Of a stretch of DNA of 64,000 nucleotides, positions 14,734-24,394 are shown piece after piece. The stretch spans positions 265,743-329,742 of the forward strand of contig DJLZ01000005.1 in the NCBI GenBank assembly GCA_002436405.1, in the 5' to 3' direction. The stretch is from Proteobacteria bacterium UBA6503. GTDB taxonomy: Bacteria > Pseudomonadota > Alphaproteobacteria > UBA1280 > UBA6503. The position numbers and the translations under genes are program-made. Below the pieces are notes generated by a model. That model was not told where the DNA came from. It made no database searches and saw only the letters and a program-made list of their open reading frames with translations. Each line of letters begins with the position of its first letter. Within the stretch, counting starts at the first letter, position 1.

Positions 14734-16185
14734 TTACTGCTCACAGTATACTTTTACACTACCGCCACCCCATAGCAGCTTCTTATCTTGTGCGGCAGGG
14801 TCTGGTGTTATGTCTTCACAGCCAACTGAGGTGTGGTTCATCACACGTTCGATACGCTTGTTCGTCGGGAACATGTCTTTGTAAACAGTGCTCGCTACGT
14901 TCAGTTTATTAATGTCAGCACCACCAGCACCACCACTACTTACAGTAGGGTTGGTATCCGTCTTCCAACCACGTGGGTAGCTAGAGGCTGGCAAACACTG
15001 GTTACCGATAATGGCAGGGCCTTTAATATCGATAAACTTACCGCCTGCAAAGTTCTTCTTCTTGAAGATTTCAAGGCGTGTTTTAGGGCCAATGGCAATA
15101 AAGTCAAAGGTACCTGAGTTCGCCTTAGCAAACGGGACGGTTGCGTCAGGGTATGCGCCTGCACCAACGTGGTTACCTACAGAGTCACCACTCCAGCCCA
15201 CACTAGCGTAAGGCGGTGTTAGACCACTTACGTAGAAGAAACACTGCGAGGTAGGCGGTTGCGGCGTTGTTGGCAAGTCAGTCTCACAGCTTTCATACTG
15301 GAACGAGCCACTTAGGCTACCGTTTGTACAAACACGGTTTTCTGAGTTACAGCTACCACCAGCGCTTACACGCTCTACTTCATAGGCGGTAACACTGCCA
15401 CCATGAGGAACAGTTTCACCATTAAAGGTACATGGGTCTTCATCACCACATGTTGCAAACGCATATGTGCCGCTTAGGCTACCGTTGTTACATGTACGTG
15501 TCTGAGAACTACATGACTGGCCAGCACCTGGGTTGTCGGTTAGGTAAGCTGTTACGCTTTCACCATCCGCCAAAGTTTGGCCATCAAAGGTACAGTCGTT
15601 TGTATCGTTGCATGAGTCAAAGGCAAAAGAACCAGTAAAGGTACCGTTGTTACAGGTACGTGTTTCACGGTTGGTTGAGCTTTCACAGCTGCGGCCACCC
15701 AAAACAACGTCTTCACGGTAGGCCACAACACGGTCACCATGGTCGTATGAAGTTCCGTTGAATGTACAACCTACAGGGTCTTCCATACAGGTTACATTTG
15801 AACCGCGACGACCACCAACGCGAACAGCGGTACCGTTTGTACCGTTAGGGTTAACCAATGTCAGTGTGTCGCCAGAGTTATCATCAGCAAAAATGTGTTC
15901 TGGTGAAAGGGTTGGGCTCACACAAGCGCCTGAGCCTGGGTCGTACAATTGGCCTTGGTCATTACAGCGAAGCACACGGTTAATGCGCTGCTGAATAGTT
16001 AATGCACGCTCTTGTGAGCGTAGGGCGCCATCCTGACAGCGGTTAATACCGTTTTGGCTAGAGTTCTGAATCACACCTTTTGAACTAAAGATTTGAGCTT
16101 GCGCATCAGGAGCAACAAACACGACAAAAGCAAGCAACACGCTTGCCAGTGTATAAAACAAAGATTTCTTATTCTTATTCCCCAA
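14734..16185 (-). CDS. Secreted 483-aa protein with three tandem roughly 50-aa 4-Cys repeats and a C-terminal beta-rich domain (unknown function)
   Basis: Signal peptide AFVVFVAPDAQAQ. Repeats at aa 140-192, 198-246 and 252-300 follow CTF[ND]G-x(4,5)-[HD]G-x-[RS]V-x-AY ... GG-x-SC ... R-x-C-[NT]NG-[TS][FL][ST]G-[ST][FY]-x-[FY]-x-[ST]C. It is first in a coupled three-gene operon. Confidence 0.5.
   Translation of the reverse strand: MGNKNKKSLFYTLASVLLAFVVFVAPDAQAQIFSSKGVIQNSSQNGINRCQDGALRSQERALTIQQRINRVLRCNDQGQLYDPGSGACVSPTLSPEHIFADDNSGDTLTLVNPNGTNGTAVRVGGRRGSNVTCMEDPVGCTFNGTSYDHGDRVVAYREDVVLGGRSCESSTNRETRTCNNGTFTGSFAFDSCNDTNDCTFDGQTLADGESVTAYLTDNPGAGQSCSSQTRTCNNGSLSGTYAFATCGDEDPCTFNGETVPHGGSVTAYEVERVSAGGSCNSENRVCTNGSLSGSFQYESCETDLPTTPQPPTSQCFFYVSGLTPPYASVGWSGDSVGNHVGAGAYPDATVPFAKANSGTFDFIAIGPKTRLEIFKKKNFAGGKFIDIKGPAIIGNQCLPASSYPRGWKTDTNPTVSSGGAGGADINKLNVASTVYKDMFPTNKRIERVMNHTSVGCEDITPDPAAQDKKLLWGGGSVKVYCEQ
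15286..15768 (-). repeat. Three tandem in-frame coding repeats (about 150 nt each) inside the 483-aa secreted protein
   Basis: Protein-level repeats CTFNGTSYDHGDRVVAYRED... / CTFDGQTLADGESVTAYLTD... / CTFNGETVPHGGSVTAYEVE... Confidence 0.6.
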
Positions 16186-16305
16186 GTCCCATTGTTTGTT
16201 GGTTTTCCCCGTACATGCGCCTTAATAAATAAGTCACCGTAATACCTTATGAAGGGGCGTAATAATAAAAAACGAATAAAAACCTGACATTTTAGAGGTT
16301 TAGCG

Positions 16306-16336
16306 CAAAAAAAAGGCCTCCGAAGAGGCCTTTTAA
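16306..16336 (-). terminator. Terminator downstream of the LOG-family gene
   Basis: aaaaaaaaggcctc-cgaa-gaggccttttaaagc. Confidence 0.5.
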
Positions 16337-16340
16337 AGCT

Positions 16341-17432
16341 TTAAGCTTTCACTTTTTCACGTCGTGGACGTGGTGCGCGTTTGATTTCTTCTACTTCTGG
16401 TCGATCTTGACGACGTGTAGATGAGCTCAAAACTTCACGGTTAAGTGAACGAATAAGCAGGTACAAACCAACTGGTTTATGGCGGTTAGCCTTAATAACC
16501 AAGCGAGGTAGGTTTACCAAGTCAGGCTCGTCATGCTCTTCAGGAAGGGCAGCGTCATGCTCTTGGATACCAAAATCGCCTAGGAAGTCAGCGTATTCTT
16601 CGCGTAGCTCATCCAGTAGTGACTTAGGCACACGGGTGTTCAGGCGAATAACCACATTGTCGCCGATGTAGCGCATTGAGTGGTAGCGACGGTAGAAGTT
16701 ATGAATGTAATCAGCTGCTTCGTCTACGTCAGTAAAGCGGCGGAATAGGTACATATCTTCTGGGCTAATGTTACCTTTTTTCAGTAGGGCTTTTTTCACG
16801 TACTCAATCCATTCGTCCCAGTAGGTGCTACCAGGGTGGTCAAGCAGTACGAATGGTACTGGCATTGCACGACCTGTTTGGATAAGCGTAAGTACTTCAT
16901 AAGCTTCGTCCATTGAGCCGTAACCACCTGGGCAAATAACCACAGCGTCGGCTTCACGTACGAATGTAAGCTTACGGTTAAAGAAGTAACGGTATGTGAT
17001 CAGGTATTTGCTTTGTGCAATAAACTCGTTCACTGATTGCTCAAAAGGAAGAGCAATGTTCACACCGATTGAGTTTTCTGGGCCTGCGCCTTCGTGGCCA
17101 GCAGCCATAATGCCAGGGCCAGCACCTGTAATAACCATGTAGCCAAGCTGTGTTACACGCTTCGCAAATTCTTTACAGGTAATGTAGTCTGGATGGTCAG
17201 GCTTTGTACGCGCTGAACCGAAAATAGTAATTTTTGGACGATGGCGGATTTCTTTGAACATACGTGCTGTATGCGCAAGTTCGGCCACTGTGCTTGAAAT
17301 AAGTTTACGGTCGTATTCAGTGATTTCGTCACTTAGCAGCATTGCGGCTGCTTCTTCTGCGGTAACACGTGGTAGCGGTTCGCCAGCATCAGTTACCATA
17401 GCATCAAAGTTGATGTGCTTTTGTTTTTCCAT
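16341..17432 (-). CDS. LOG-family protein (PpnN/YgdH-like nucleotide 5'-monophosphate nucleosidase)
   Basis: 363 aa with a TIGR00730/LOG core (VICPGGYGSMDEAYEVLTLIQTG, PGxGGxxxE-type motif). Confidence 0.7.
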   Translation of the reverse strand: MEKQKHINFDAMVTDAGEPLPRVTAEEAAAMLLSDEITEYDRKLISSTVAELAHTARMFKEIRHRPKITIFGSARTKPDHPDYITCKEFAKRVTQLGYMVITGAGPGIMAAGHEGAGPENSIGVNIALPFEQSVNEFIAQSKYLITYRYFFNRKLTFVREADAVVICPGGYGSMDEAYEVLTLIQTGRAMPVPFVLLDHPGSTYWDEWIEYVKKALLKKGNISPEDMYLFRRFTDVDEAADYIHNFYRRYHSMRYIGDNVVIRLNTRVPKSLLDELREEYADFLGDFGIQEHDAALPEEHDEPDLVNLPRLVIKANRHKPVGLYLLIRSLNREVLSSSTRRQDRPEVEEIKRAPRPRREKVKA

Positions 17433-17651
17433 ATGTATGGGTCCTTAACAATTGTCTTTATCGTTTTTTTCGGTACCCATAATTGACCAATTTTGTATGT
17501 TTGTGCTAGAAAAAAAACACTTTTGCGCAATATTTTACGCTAAATGTAGGGCATAGCCTTGTTTTGGCTTTGTTTTTTTGCCCTCAGGCTGTATTGTGGT
17601 GAAATATTGTTTAAACACGTTTCAATCTAATATTTAAAGTCGGCTAATAAA

Positions 17652-18278
17652 ATGAACGAACAAAACGCCTCGATGGACGAAATCCTATCCTCAATCCGAG
17701 ACATTGTTAAAGAAGAAGCTGGAAGCGATGACGCTCAAGCAACTCCAACTGAAAAGAAGGAAGCTGCACCAGCCGCTGACTCTGCACCAACAACACCTCC
17801 AGAAGACGCTAAAGTTGATGACTCTGACATCGAAGCGATGATGGCTGCTGCCCAAGAAGAGGGCACAACAGAAGCTGCTGCTGAAGCGACAGACGAAGCT
17901 GAAGATGATGTTCTGGAGCTAACTGAAACTGTTGACGAATCAAACACACAAGCTACAGCAGAAGCCTCAGCTGAAGAGACAACACCTGACGAAACTCTTG
18001 CTGAAGAGCCTGCACCAGTTGCTGACCCTGAGCCACAACAAGAAGCTAAAGCTGAAGCACCTGCTAAGCCAGAAGCTAAAGTTGCACCAGGTTCAACAAA
18101 CGAACAAGTTTTCCTAAATGCTATGCCATCAGCAAAAGGCCTACAGTTGGCTTTCCCTGTTGAAGTACTAGCTGAAGCGCTACGCCCACTTGTTAAAGAC
18201 TGGGTGTCACAAAACCTACCTGATATCGTCGAGCGCTTGGTCCGTGAAGAACTTTCACGCCTCGTCGACAAAAAGTAA
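17652..18278 (+). CDS. popZ: PopZ-like polar organising protein (DUF2497)
   Basis: 208 aa. The N-terminal MDEILSSIRDIVKEE helix is followed by a long acidic Pro/Ala/Glu-rich linker and a conserved C-terminal LVKDWVSQNLPDIVERLVREELSRLV. It lies directly upstream of valS as in Caulobacter. Confidence 0.65.
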   Translation: MNEQNASMDEILSSIRDIVKEEAGSDDAQATPTEKKEAAPAADSAPTTPPEDAKVDDSDIEAMMAAAQEEGTTEAAAEATDEAEDDVLELTETVDESNTQATAEASAEETTPDETLAEEPAPVADPEPQQEAKAEAPAKPEAKVAPGSTNEQVFLNAMPSAKGLQLAFPVEVLAEALRPLVKDWVSQNLPDIVERLVREELSRLVDKK

Positions 18279-18343
18279 TCATACTTAAGGCGGCGCGAGC
18301 CGCCTTTCTTTAAACCTAAATCACAAATAAATTTAGATTTACC

Positions 18344-21001
18344 ATGCTTGAAAAACATTACACTCCGCAAGACGTAGAAACTCGCCTTTACACTAAATGG
18401 GAAGAAAAGGGCTGGTTTGAGCCTGATCTTTCAGCTGAAGGTAAGAAAAAAGAGCCTTTTGCTATCATGATGCCACCACCAAACGTGACGGGTACTCTGC
18501 ACGTAGGCCACGCCCTTGATAATACGCTGCCAGATATGTTGGTGCGCCGTGCTCGTATGGAAGGTAAAAACGCTATTTACCAACCGGGTACTGACCACGC
18601 AAGTATTGCGGTACACGTGGTGCTGGATCGTCAATTCCGTGAAGAAGGCACAAGCCGTTTTGAACTAGGCCGTGAAGAATTTATGAAGCGTGCTTGGAAG
18701 TGGAAAGAACACTCACACGGTGTCATTACAACGCAGATGCGCCGCCTTGGTGTTTCGTGCGCATGGCAGCGTGAACGCTTTACCATGGATGATGGTCTTT
18801 CTGATGCTGTTCAAAAGGTATTCATCGACCTTTATAACAAAGGTCTTATCTACCGTGGTACACGCCTTGTTAACTGGGACCCTAACATGCAAACGGCGGT
18901 TTCAGACCTTGAAGTAAAACATAAAGAAGTTGAAGGAAGCCTTTGGCACTTTAAATACTTCTTTGCTGAAGGCGAGAAGCCAGAAGGCTACGAATACGAC
19001 TACATTACCCTTGCAACCACACGCCCTGAAACCATCATGGCGGACTGCTGCATTGCCATTAACCCTGAAGACGAACGTGCAGCAATGCTTGTTGGTAAAA
19101 AGGTTATTGTGCCATTGATGGATCGTGAAATCCCGATTATTGCTGATGACTACGCTAAGCCAGAGTTTGGCTCAGGCATGGTGAAAATTACCGCAGCGCA
19201 CGACTTTAACGACTATGAAGTTTGGAAGCGCCATCACGAAGCGCTAGACTTGCCAATCATTAACCTTCTGAACAAGAACGGTACAATGAACGACAATGCC
19301 CACGCTGACTTTGTAGGCCTTGACCGTTTTGCTGCTCGTAAGAAGATTTTGGAAGTGTTGACCGAAAAAGGCCACTTCGTGAAAACTGAAAAGAACATCC
19401 ACCAAGTGCCACACGCCGAGCGTGACGATACGATTCTTGAGCCATTCCTCACACGTCAATGGTACGTAAAAGGCAAGCCACTGGCTGAAAAATGCCTAGA
19501 AGCTGCAAACACTGGCAAAGTGAAGTTTGTTAACAAGCGTGACGAAAACACCTACTACCGCTGGCTAGAAAACATCCAAGACTGGTGTATTTCGCGCCAG
19601 CTATGGTGGGGCCACCGTATTCCTGCATGGTTTAAAGGTGACGAGATTTACGTAGGCGCTGAAGCCCCAACAGGCGAAGGCTGGGAACAAGACCCGGACA
19701 TTCTGGATACTTGGTTCTCATCAGCCCTATGGCCATTCTCAACCCTTGGCTGGCCAGAGAAGACAGATGCACTAGAGCAGTTCTTCCCGCAGCACGCCAT
19801 TATGCCGGGCCGTGATATTCTGTTCTTCTGGATTATCCGCATGATGATGATGAGCCTTGAGTTCATGGAGGCGGTGCCATTTGAAACCATTTACACCCAC
19901 GCTATGGTGCTTGATGAGCAAGGCCAAAAGATGAGTAAGTCAAAAGGGAACGTGATGGACCCATTGGTACTTGCTGATAAATACGGTACTGATGCGCTGC
20001 GCTACGCACTTGTGCACCAAGCCGCTATTGGTCAAGACATTCGCCTGGGTGAACAAACCGTTGAGCAAAGCCGTAACTTCTGTACCAAGATCTGGAACGC
20101 CACACGCTTTGCCATGATGAACGGCGCTGAGTTTGACCCATCATTTGATGCAACCGCTGTACAGCATCCGTTTAACAAAGCGATTATTAGTAAGTTTGGC
20201 CAAACCGTTAAGGCCGTGAACGACGCTATGGACGCATACCGCTTTAACGAAGTTGGTCACCAGCTTTACCAGTTTACCTGGAACACCTACTGTGACTGGT
20301 ATCTTGAGTTAACAAAACCACTTGTTTACGGTGAAGACGCTAACATTAAAGCTGAAACCTTGAAGACGATGGGCTTTGTGCTTGAGCGTTTGATGCGCCT
20401 GATGCACCCAATGATGCCATACATCACCGAAGAGATTTGGCTAAAACTTACTGAAAACTGCCGCGATACTGCTGGCGAAACTATTATGTACGCTGGCTGG
20501 CCTAAGGCTGCTGATTACCCATACGCTGAACAAGCTGAAGAAAACTTCAACTTAGTTTCAGACGTGGTAACAGCCATCCGTAATGCCCGTGCTGAAAACA
20601 ACGTGCCCCCTAAGGGTGAGATTGAAGCCACTATCCGTGGTGAAGCCGCACTTGTTAAAGCCACGCAAGAGCTTGAGCCATTCATCGCATTCCTAACCAA
20701 GACCACTGGCTTTAAAGCCCACGAAGGTGACTTGGCGCAGACTGACGTTGTGGCGGTTGCTCGTGGTGCCGAAATCATCCTACCGCTTGAAGGCGTGGTT
20801 GATTTTGAAGCCGAGCGTGAGCGTATTGCCAAAGAAATTGCCAAGTTTGAAGCTGAGCTTCAAAAGATTAACGGCATGCTTAACAACGAAAATTTTGTGG
20901 CCCGCGCGCCTGAAGCCGTTGTGAATGAGCAAAAAGAACGCAAAGAAGCCCTAATGGGTGACCTTGCTAAGCTTAAGACGGTGCTTGACGCCCGCGCTTA
21001 A
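18344..21001 (+). CDS. valS: Valyl-tRNA synthetase
   Basis: 885 aa with class I HIGH (PNVTGTLHVGHAL) and KMSKS motifs and a C-terminal coiled-coil. Confidence 0.95.
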   Translation: MLEKHYTPQDVETRLYTKWEEKGWFEPDLSAEGKKKEPFAIMMPPPNVTGTLHVGHALDNTLPDMLVRRARMEGKNAIYQPGTDHASIAVHVVLDRQFREEGTSRFELGREEFMKRAWKWKEHSHGVITTQMRRLGVSCAWQRERFTMDDGLSDAVQKVFIDLYNKGLIYRGTRLVNWDPNMQTAVSDLEVKHKEVEGSLWHFKYFFAEGEKPEGYEYDYITLATTRPETIMADCCIAINPEDERAAMLVGKKVIVPLMDREIPIIADDYAKPEFGSGMVKITAAHDFNDYEVWKRHHEALDLPIINLLNKNGTMNDNAHADFVGLDRFAARKKILEVLTEKGHFVKTEKNIHQVPHAERDDTILEPFLTRQWYVKGKPLAEKCLEAANTGKVKFVNKRDENTYYRWLENIQDWCISRQLWWGHRIPAWFKGDEIYVGAEAPTGEGWEQDPDILDTWFSSALWPFSTLGWPEKTDALEQFFPQHAIMPGRDILFFWIIRMMMMSLEFMEAVPFETIYTHAMVLDEQGQKMSKSKGNVMDPLVLADKYGTDALRYALVHQAAIGQDIRLGEQTVEQSRNFCTKIWNATRFAMMNGAEFDPSFDATAVQHPFNKAIISKFGQTVKAVNDAMDAYRFNEVGHQLYQFTWNTYCDWYLELTKPLVYGEDANIKAETLKTMGFVLERLMRLMHPMMPYITEEIWLKLTENCRDTAGETIMYAGWPKAADYPYAEQAEENFNLVSDVVTAIRNARAENNVPPKGEIEATIRGEAALVKATQELEPFIAFLTKTTGFKAHEGDLAQTDVVAVARGAEIILPLEGVVDFEAERERIAKEIAKFEAELQKINGMLNNENFVARAPEAVVNEQKERKEALMGDLAKLKTVLDARA

Positions 21002-21016
21002 GCACACTAAATGTAA

Positions 21017-21050
21017 AAAGCCCCGCAAGGTTTTGCGGGGCTTTTTATTT
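21017..21050. terminator. Bidirectional terminator between valS (+) and the ABC exporter (-)
   Basis: aaaagccccgcaa-ggtt-ttgcggggctttttattt. Confidence 0.6.
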
Positions 21051-21060
21051 GGCGAATGAA

Positions 21061-23016
21061 TTAATACTCGTCTTCTAAGTCTTCAAGAGAAGGGCCGTTA
21101 TCAGGCTCTTCCTCGGTTTGGCTATTTACAGCGTTTGACTGCATGTTCCAAAGCTCGGCGTAGCGGCCGTTTTGTTCCATCAGCTCATGGTGGCTACCAT
21201 CTTCAACAACGCTACCGCCTTCCATGACAATAATGCGGTCCATGTTTACGATGGTCGATAAACGGTGCGCAATGGCAAGCACTGTGCGGCCTTGCATTAC
21301 TTTTTCAAGCGCTTGCTGAATGTGGTATTCAGATTCAGTATCCAAAGCAGATGTTGCTTCATCCAGTACCAGAATAGGGGCGTCTTTCAAAATAGCACGT
21401 GCAATGGCAATGCGCTGGCGCTGACCGCCTGAAAGTTTCATCCCACGGTCACCAAGTTGGGTGTCGTACTGGTTTTCAAGGTTCAGAATAAAGTCGTGTG
21501 CATGGGCTACTTTTGCAGCTTCAATCACTTCTTCATCGGTTGCGTCTAGTCGGCCGTAACGGATGTTTTCCATCACGCTACGGTTAAATAGGTTTGCGTT
21601 TTGCGGAATAACCGCAATGTTCTTACGCACCGAGTTTGGGTTCATTTTCGTGATGTTCTGACGATCAATAATAATCTCGTTATCATTCACGTCGTAGAAC
21701 TTAAGCAGCAAGTTAACAAGGGTTGATTTACCACTGCCTGAGTGACCAACAACACCAATCTTTTCACCTGCTTTTACGTGTAGCTGGAAGCCTTTAAATA
21801 GCTCACTCTCTTTGTTGTATGAGAATGAAAGGTTGTTAAAGATAATCTCACCTTTTTCGGCAGGGGCGTCTTTGTCTTGTGGTTCGCTTGGTGCTACAGG
21901 TACCGCAGCTGCTTTTTCCTTAGACTCGGCAACTTCTTCGTTAATTTGGTTCAGTGACTCTGCCATGCTGCCAACGTCTTCAGTAAATGTAATTACTTGG
22001 CTTGAGAAACTCCATAGGTATTCACTCAGCATCACAGCTGAACCTAGAATAAGGCTAATCTCACCAATGGTGATGCCTTGCTGTTGCCATAGCCAGTAAA
22101 TCAGAGCGGCGCTACCACCAAACAAAGTGATTTCAAGCAAACCTTGATAGGCGTGGATACCAAACACGGCAAGCAAGAATTTGCGACCTGCATTCGCTTC
22201 TTCACCGAGCATTTTTTGCAATAGGGTCATCTCGGTTTGTTTTGCAGCAAACAGTTTAACGGTTAAGTAGTTGGTAATACTGTCGGTAATCATGGCGCTG
22301 CCACGGCCTTTCTTTTCAGCAACCGATTCAATCAGGTTGCTAAGGCCAAGGGTCATGCCAACAATACCGCCAATGTATAGGACTAGCCATACAACAAGCA
22401 AAATTGAAAAGTACGGGTGCACCGTCATCGCCGTACCAATAAGGATGAATGATGTAATAAGTGGCTCCATGAATGACCAGCGCAGGTGGTCAATCAAGGC
22501 ATGCGAAGCACGAGTAATCTCGTTAATAGCGTGCACAAGACGGCCAGCAAACTTATCGCCTAAAAATGTCACTGAGCGTGACAGCGTATAGTCAGTCAAT
22601 CGCGCACGTGATAGGGCGCGGAATGCTGGCTCAAAGTTGGCCAGTACCAGCGAGTTTAAGCGGTAGAGAACTGTTGAAACCACAGCGATGCTCATAAAGA
22701 TAACGAGAACTTCAAAACTATGATCTGAAAACGTAAAGTCACCCACTTCAAAATCTTGCTGAAGGGCATCAAGCAGGCGCGACACCATAAATGGCAAAAA
22801 GCCGTTAAGCACAGTTGCCCCAAGGTAGGTTATAATATCTAAGGCAAATAGGCCTTTAAAAGGCTTTACGAGCTGAAAGAAAACTGAGCGTACGTTACGT
22901 AGGTTGGTTTCTAGCGGTGGGGTATCAAATGAAACAGCCTCGGTTTTTGGCTTAATGCGCTTGTAAGGGTTGTTTTTATGGCTACGGCTTCTTTTTAGTC
23001 TTCTTCCGATCAGCAC
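21061..23016 (-). CDS. ABC exporter, fused permease/ATPase (MsbA-like) with acidic C-terminal tail
   Basis: 651 aa with a 6-TM domain followed by Walker A GHSGSGKST, the signature LSGGQRQR and Walker B ILVLDEATSALD. The basic N-terminal approximately 50 aa may be upstream of the true start. Confidence 0.8.
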   Translation of the reverse strand: MLIGRRLKRSRSHKNNPYKRIKPKTEAVSFDTPPLETNLRNVRSVFFQLVKPFKGLFALDIITYLGATVLNGFLPFMVSRLLDALQQDFEVGDFTFSDHSFEVLVIFMSIAVVSTVLYRLNSLVLANFEPAFRALSRARLTDYTLSRSVTFLGDKFAGRLVHAINEITRASHALIDHLRWSFMEPLITSFILIGTAMTVHPYFSILLVVWLVLYIGGIVGMTLGLSNLIESVAEKKGRGSAMITDSITNYLTVKLFAAKQTEMTLLQKMLGEEANAGRKFLLAVFGIHAYQGLLEITLFGGSAALIYWLWQQQGITIGEISLILGSAVMLSEYLWSFSSQVITFTEDVGSMAESLNQINEEVAESKEKAAAVPVAPSEPQDKDAPAEKGEIIFNNLSFSYNKESELFKGFQLHVKAGEKIGVVGHSGSGKSTLVNLLLKFYDVNDNEIIIDRQNITKMNPNSVRKNIAVIPQNANLFNRSVMENIRYGRLDATDEEVIEAAKVAHAHDFILNLENQYDTQLGDRGMKLSGGQRQRIAIARAILKDAPILVLDEATSALDTESEYHIQQALEKVMQGRTVLAIAHRLSTIVNMDRIIVMEGGSVVEDGSHHELMEQNGRYAELWNMQSNAVNSQTEEEPDNGPSLEDLEDEY

Positions 23017-23037
23017 GAGGTGAATCTCCCTAGAGGT

Positions 23038-23436
23038 TTATAGGCTAAATGAGTTGCCACACCCGCACGAGCTGGTGGCGTTGGGGTTATTAATAACAAA
23101 TTGTGAAGCTTCTAGAGTTTCAACATAATCAATCACTGAACCCATAAGGTAGTTGTAGCTTACAGGATCAATTAAAACTGTGGTGCCATCTTTTTCAACG
23201 CGAACATCGTCATCGGCAGGGGTTTTCTCAAACATAAATTTGTAGCTGTAGCCGTTGCAGCCACCGCCATCAACACGCACACGAAGGTATTTTTCGTCTT
23301 CGGTTTTACGTGCCAAAATTTCAGTAATGCGTTGCGCGGCAGATGCGCTTAGTTCAACACCACCAGCACCAGCAGCGCCGTTATTTTCGACTGGTTCAAG
23401 TGTGTCTGGGGTATCGTCAAATGTGATTTTAATCAT
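23038..23436 (-). CDS. erpA: Fe-S cluster insertion protein, A-type carrier (ErpA/IscA, HesB family)
   Basis: 132 aa with C-terminal CGCGNSF and an upstream Cys (GGGCNGYSY). Confidence 0.8.
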   Translation of the reverse strand: MIKITFDDTPDTLEPVENNGAAGAGGVELSASAAQRITEILARKTEDEKYLRVRVDGGGCNGYSYKFMFEKTPADDDVRVEKDGTTVLIDPVSYNYLMGSVIDYVETLEASQFVINNPNATSSCGCGNSFSL

Positions 23437-23665
23437 TTTACTGCCGTACGTCTTACGTTTAATTACCTTCTAATATCATTAATATGCGCCAATTTGAGGC
23501 GTGTTTCAATCCTAGAAGGTCTGATATATGCAGTTTAATTTGCCTAAAACCTAAACTTTAGGCCAAATAGGGGGAAAAACTGTTTTGCAACAAAGGGCTG
23601 TGCGTCTATACTGTGGCGCATAATAATATTAAGACTGCTCTGTACAGACGAAGAAGGAAAACCCC

Positions 23666-24394
23666 ATGTTTAATAAAGACAACTCACGCACAACTTACAC
23701 CGTACAACCGCCATTGGCTTGGTTGAAAAAAGCCGTGCTTGTAGCCTCAATTGCAGGTTTTGCGGGCCTTATTTGGTATGTGGCAGCACAACGAGATTCA
23801 CTAAGCACCGAAATGGTTGAGCCTGAAATGGTTCGCGCCCCTAAGGTAGCTATTAAAGAGCGCCCAGACGCACCAGGCGGTATGGAAGTGCCTCACCAAG
23901 ACAAGCAAGTATTTAACCTTCTTGATGGTGGTGCCCAAGCTGAGCCTATCGCTGAGCCTGCACCAGAAGCAGAGCAACAAGCTGTAGCTGTTGCCCCTAA
24001 AGCTGAGGTAGTTCCTACACCTACACAGGCACCAGCCCCAGTAGCACCAGCTCCAATTAAAGTTGAAAAGAAACCTGAGCCTGCACCTGTGGCACCAACC
24101 CCAGTTAAGGTCGAGCCTAAGCTAGCAACAACAGTTGCAACAACTGCAAGCGGTTGGGCAGTACAGCTTGGTTCATTCCGTAGCGATGCTGATGCGCAAA
24201 ACGGTATTAAGATTATTCAAAAGAAATACGGCACAATGCTTGATGGCCTTAAGCCATACGTTCAGCGTGCTGACCTTGCGAAGGGTACATTTTACCGTGT
24301 GATGTTTGTGGGTCTTGAAAACAAGACTGCAGCTTCAAACCTATGTGCTGCTTTCAAACAACGCGGGCAGGGGTGCTTGCATGTTAACCTCTAA
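23666..24394 (+). CDS. SPOR-domain protein (septal peptidoglycan-binding), Pro/Ala-rich linker
   Basis: 242 aa with a TM anchor and a C-terminal SPOR fold (GWAVQLGSFRSDADAQ ... YRVMFVGL). Confidence 0.65.
   Translation: MFNKDNSRTTYTVQPPLAWLKKAVLVASIAGFAGLIWYVAAQRDSLSTEMVEPEMVRAPKVAIKERPDAPGGMEVPHQDKQVFNLLDGGAQAEPIAEPAPEAEQQAVAVAPKAEVVPTPTQAPAPVAPAPIKVEKKPEPAPVAPTPVKVEPKLATTVATTASGWAVQLGSFRSDADAQNGIKIIQKKYGTMLDGLKPYVQRADLAKGTFYRVMFVGLENKTAASNLCAAFKQRGQGCLHVNL

Noticed and set aside
17600-17651. CtrA-like TTAA-N7-TTAA motif upstream of popZ (tttaaacacgtttcaatc)
   Set aside because: Only one half-site, TTAA-N7-TCAA, is present, and the region is AT-rich so chance matches are expected.
17735-18370. 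211-aa minus-strand ORF antisense to the PopZ-like gene
   Set aside because: It gives an S/A-rich low-complexity translation mirroring the acidic linker codons. The + strand frame has the conserved PopZ termini.
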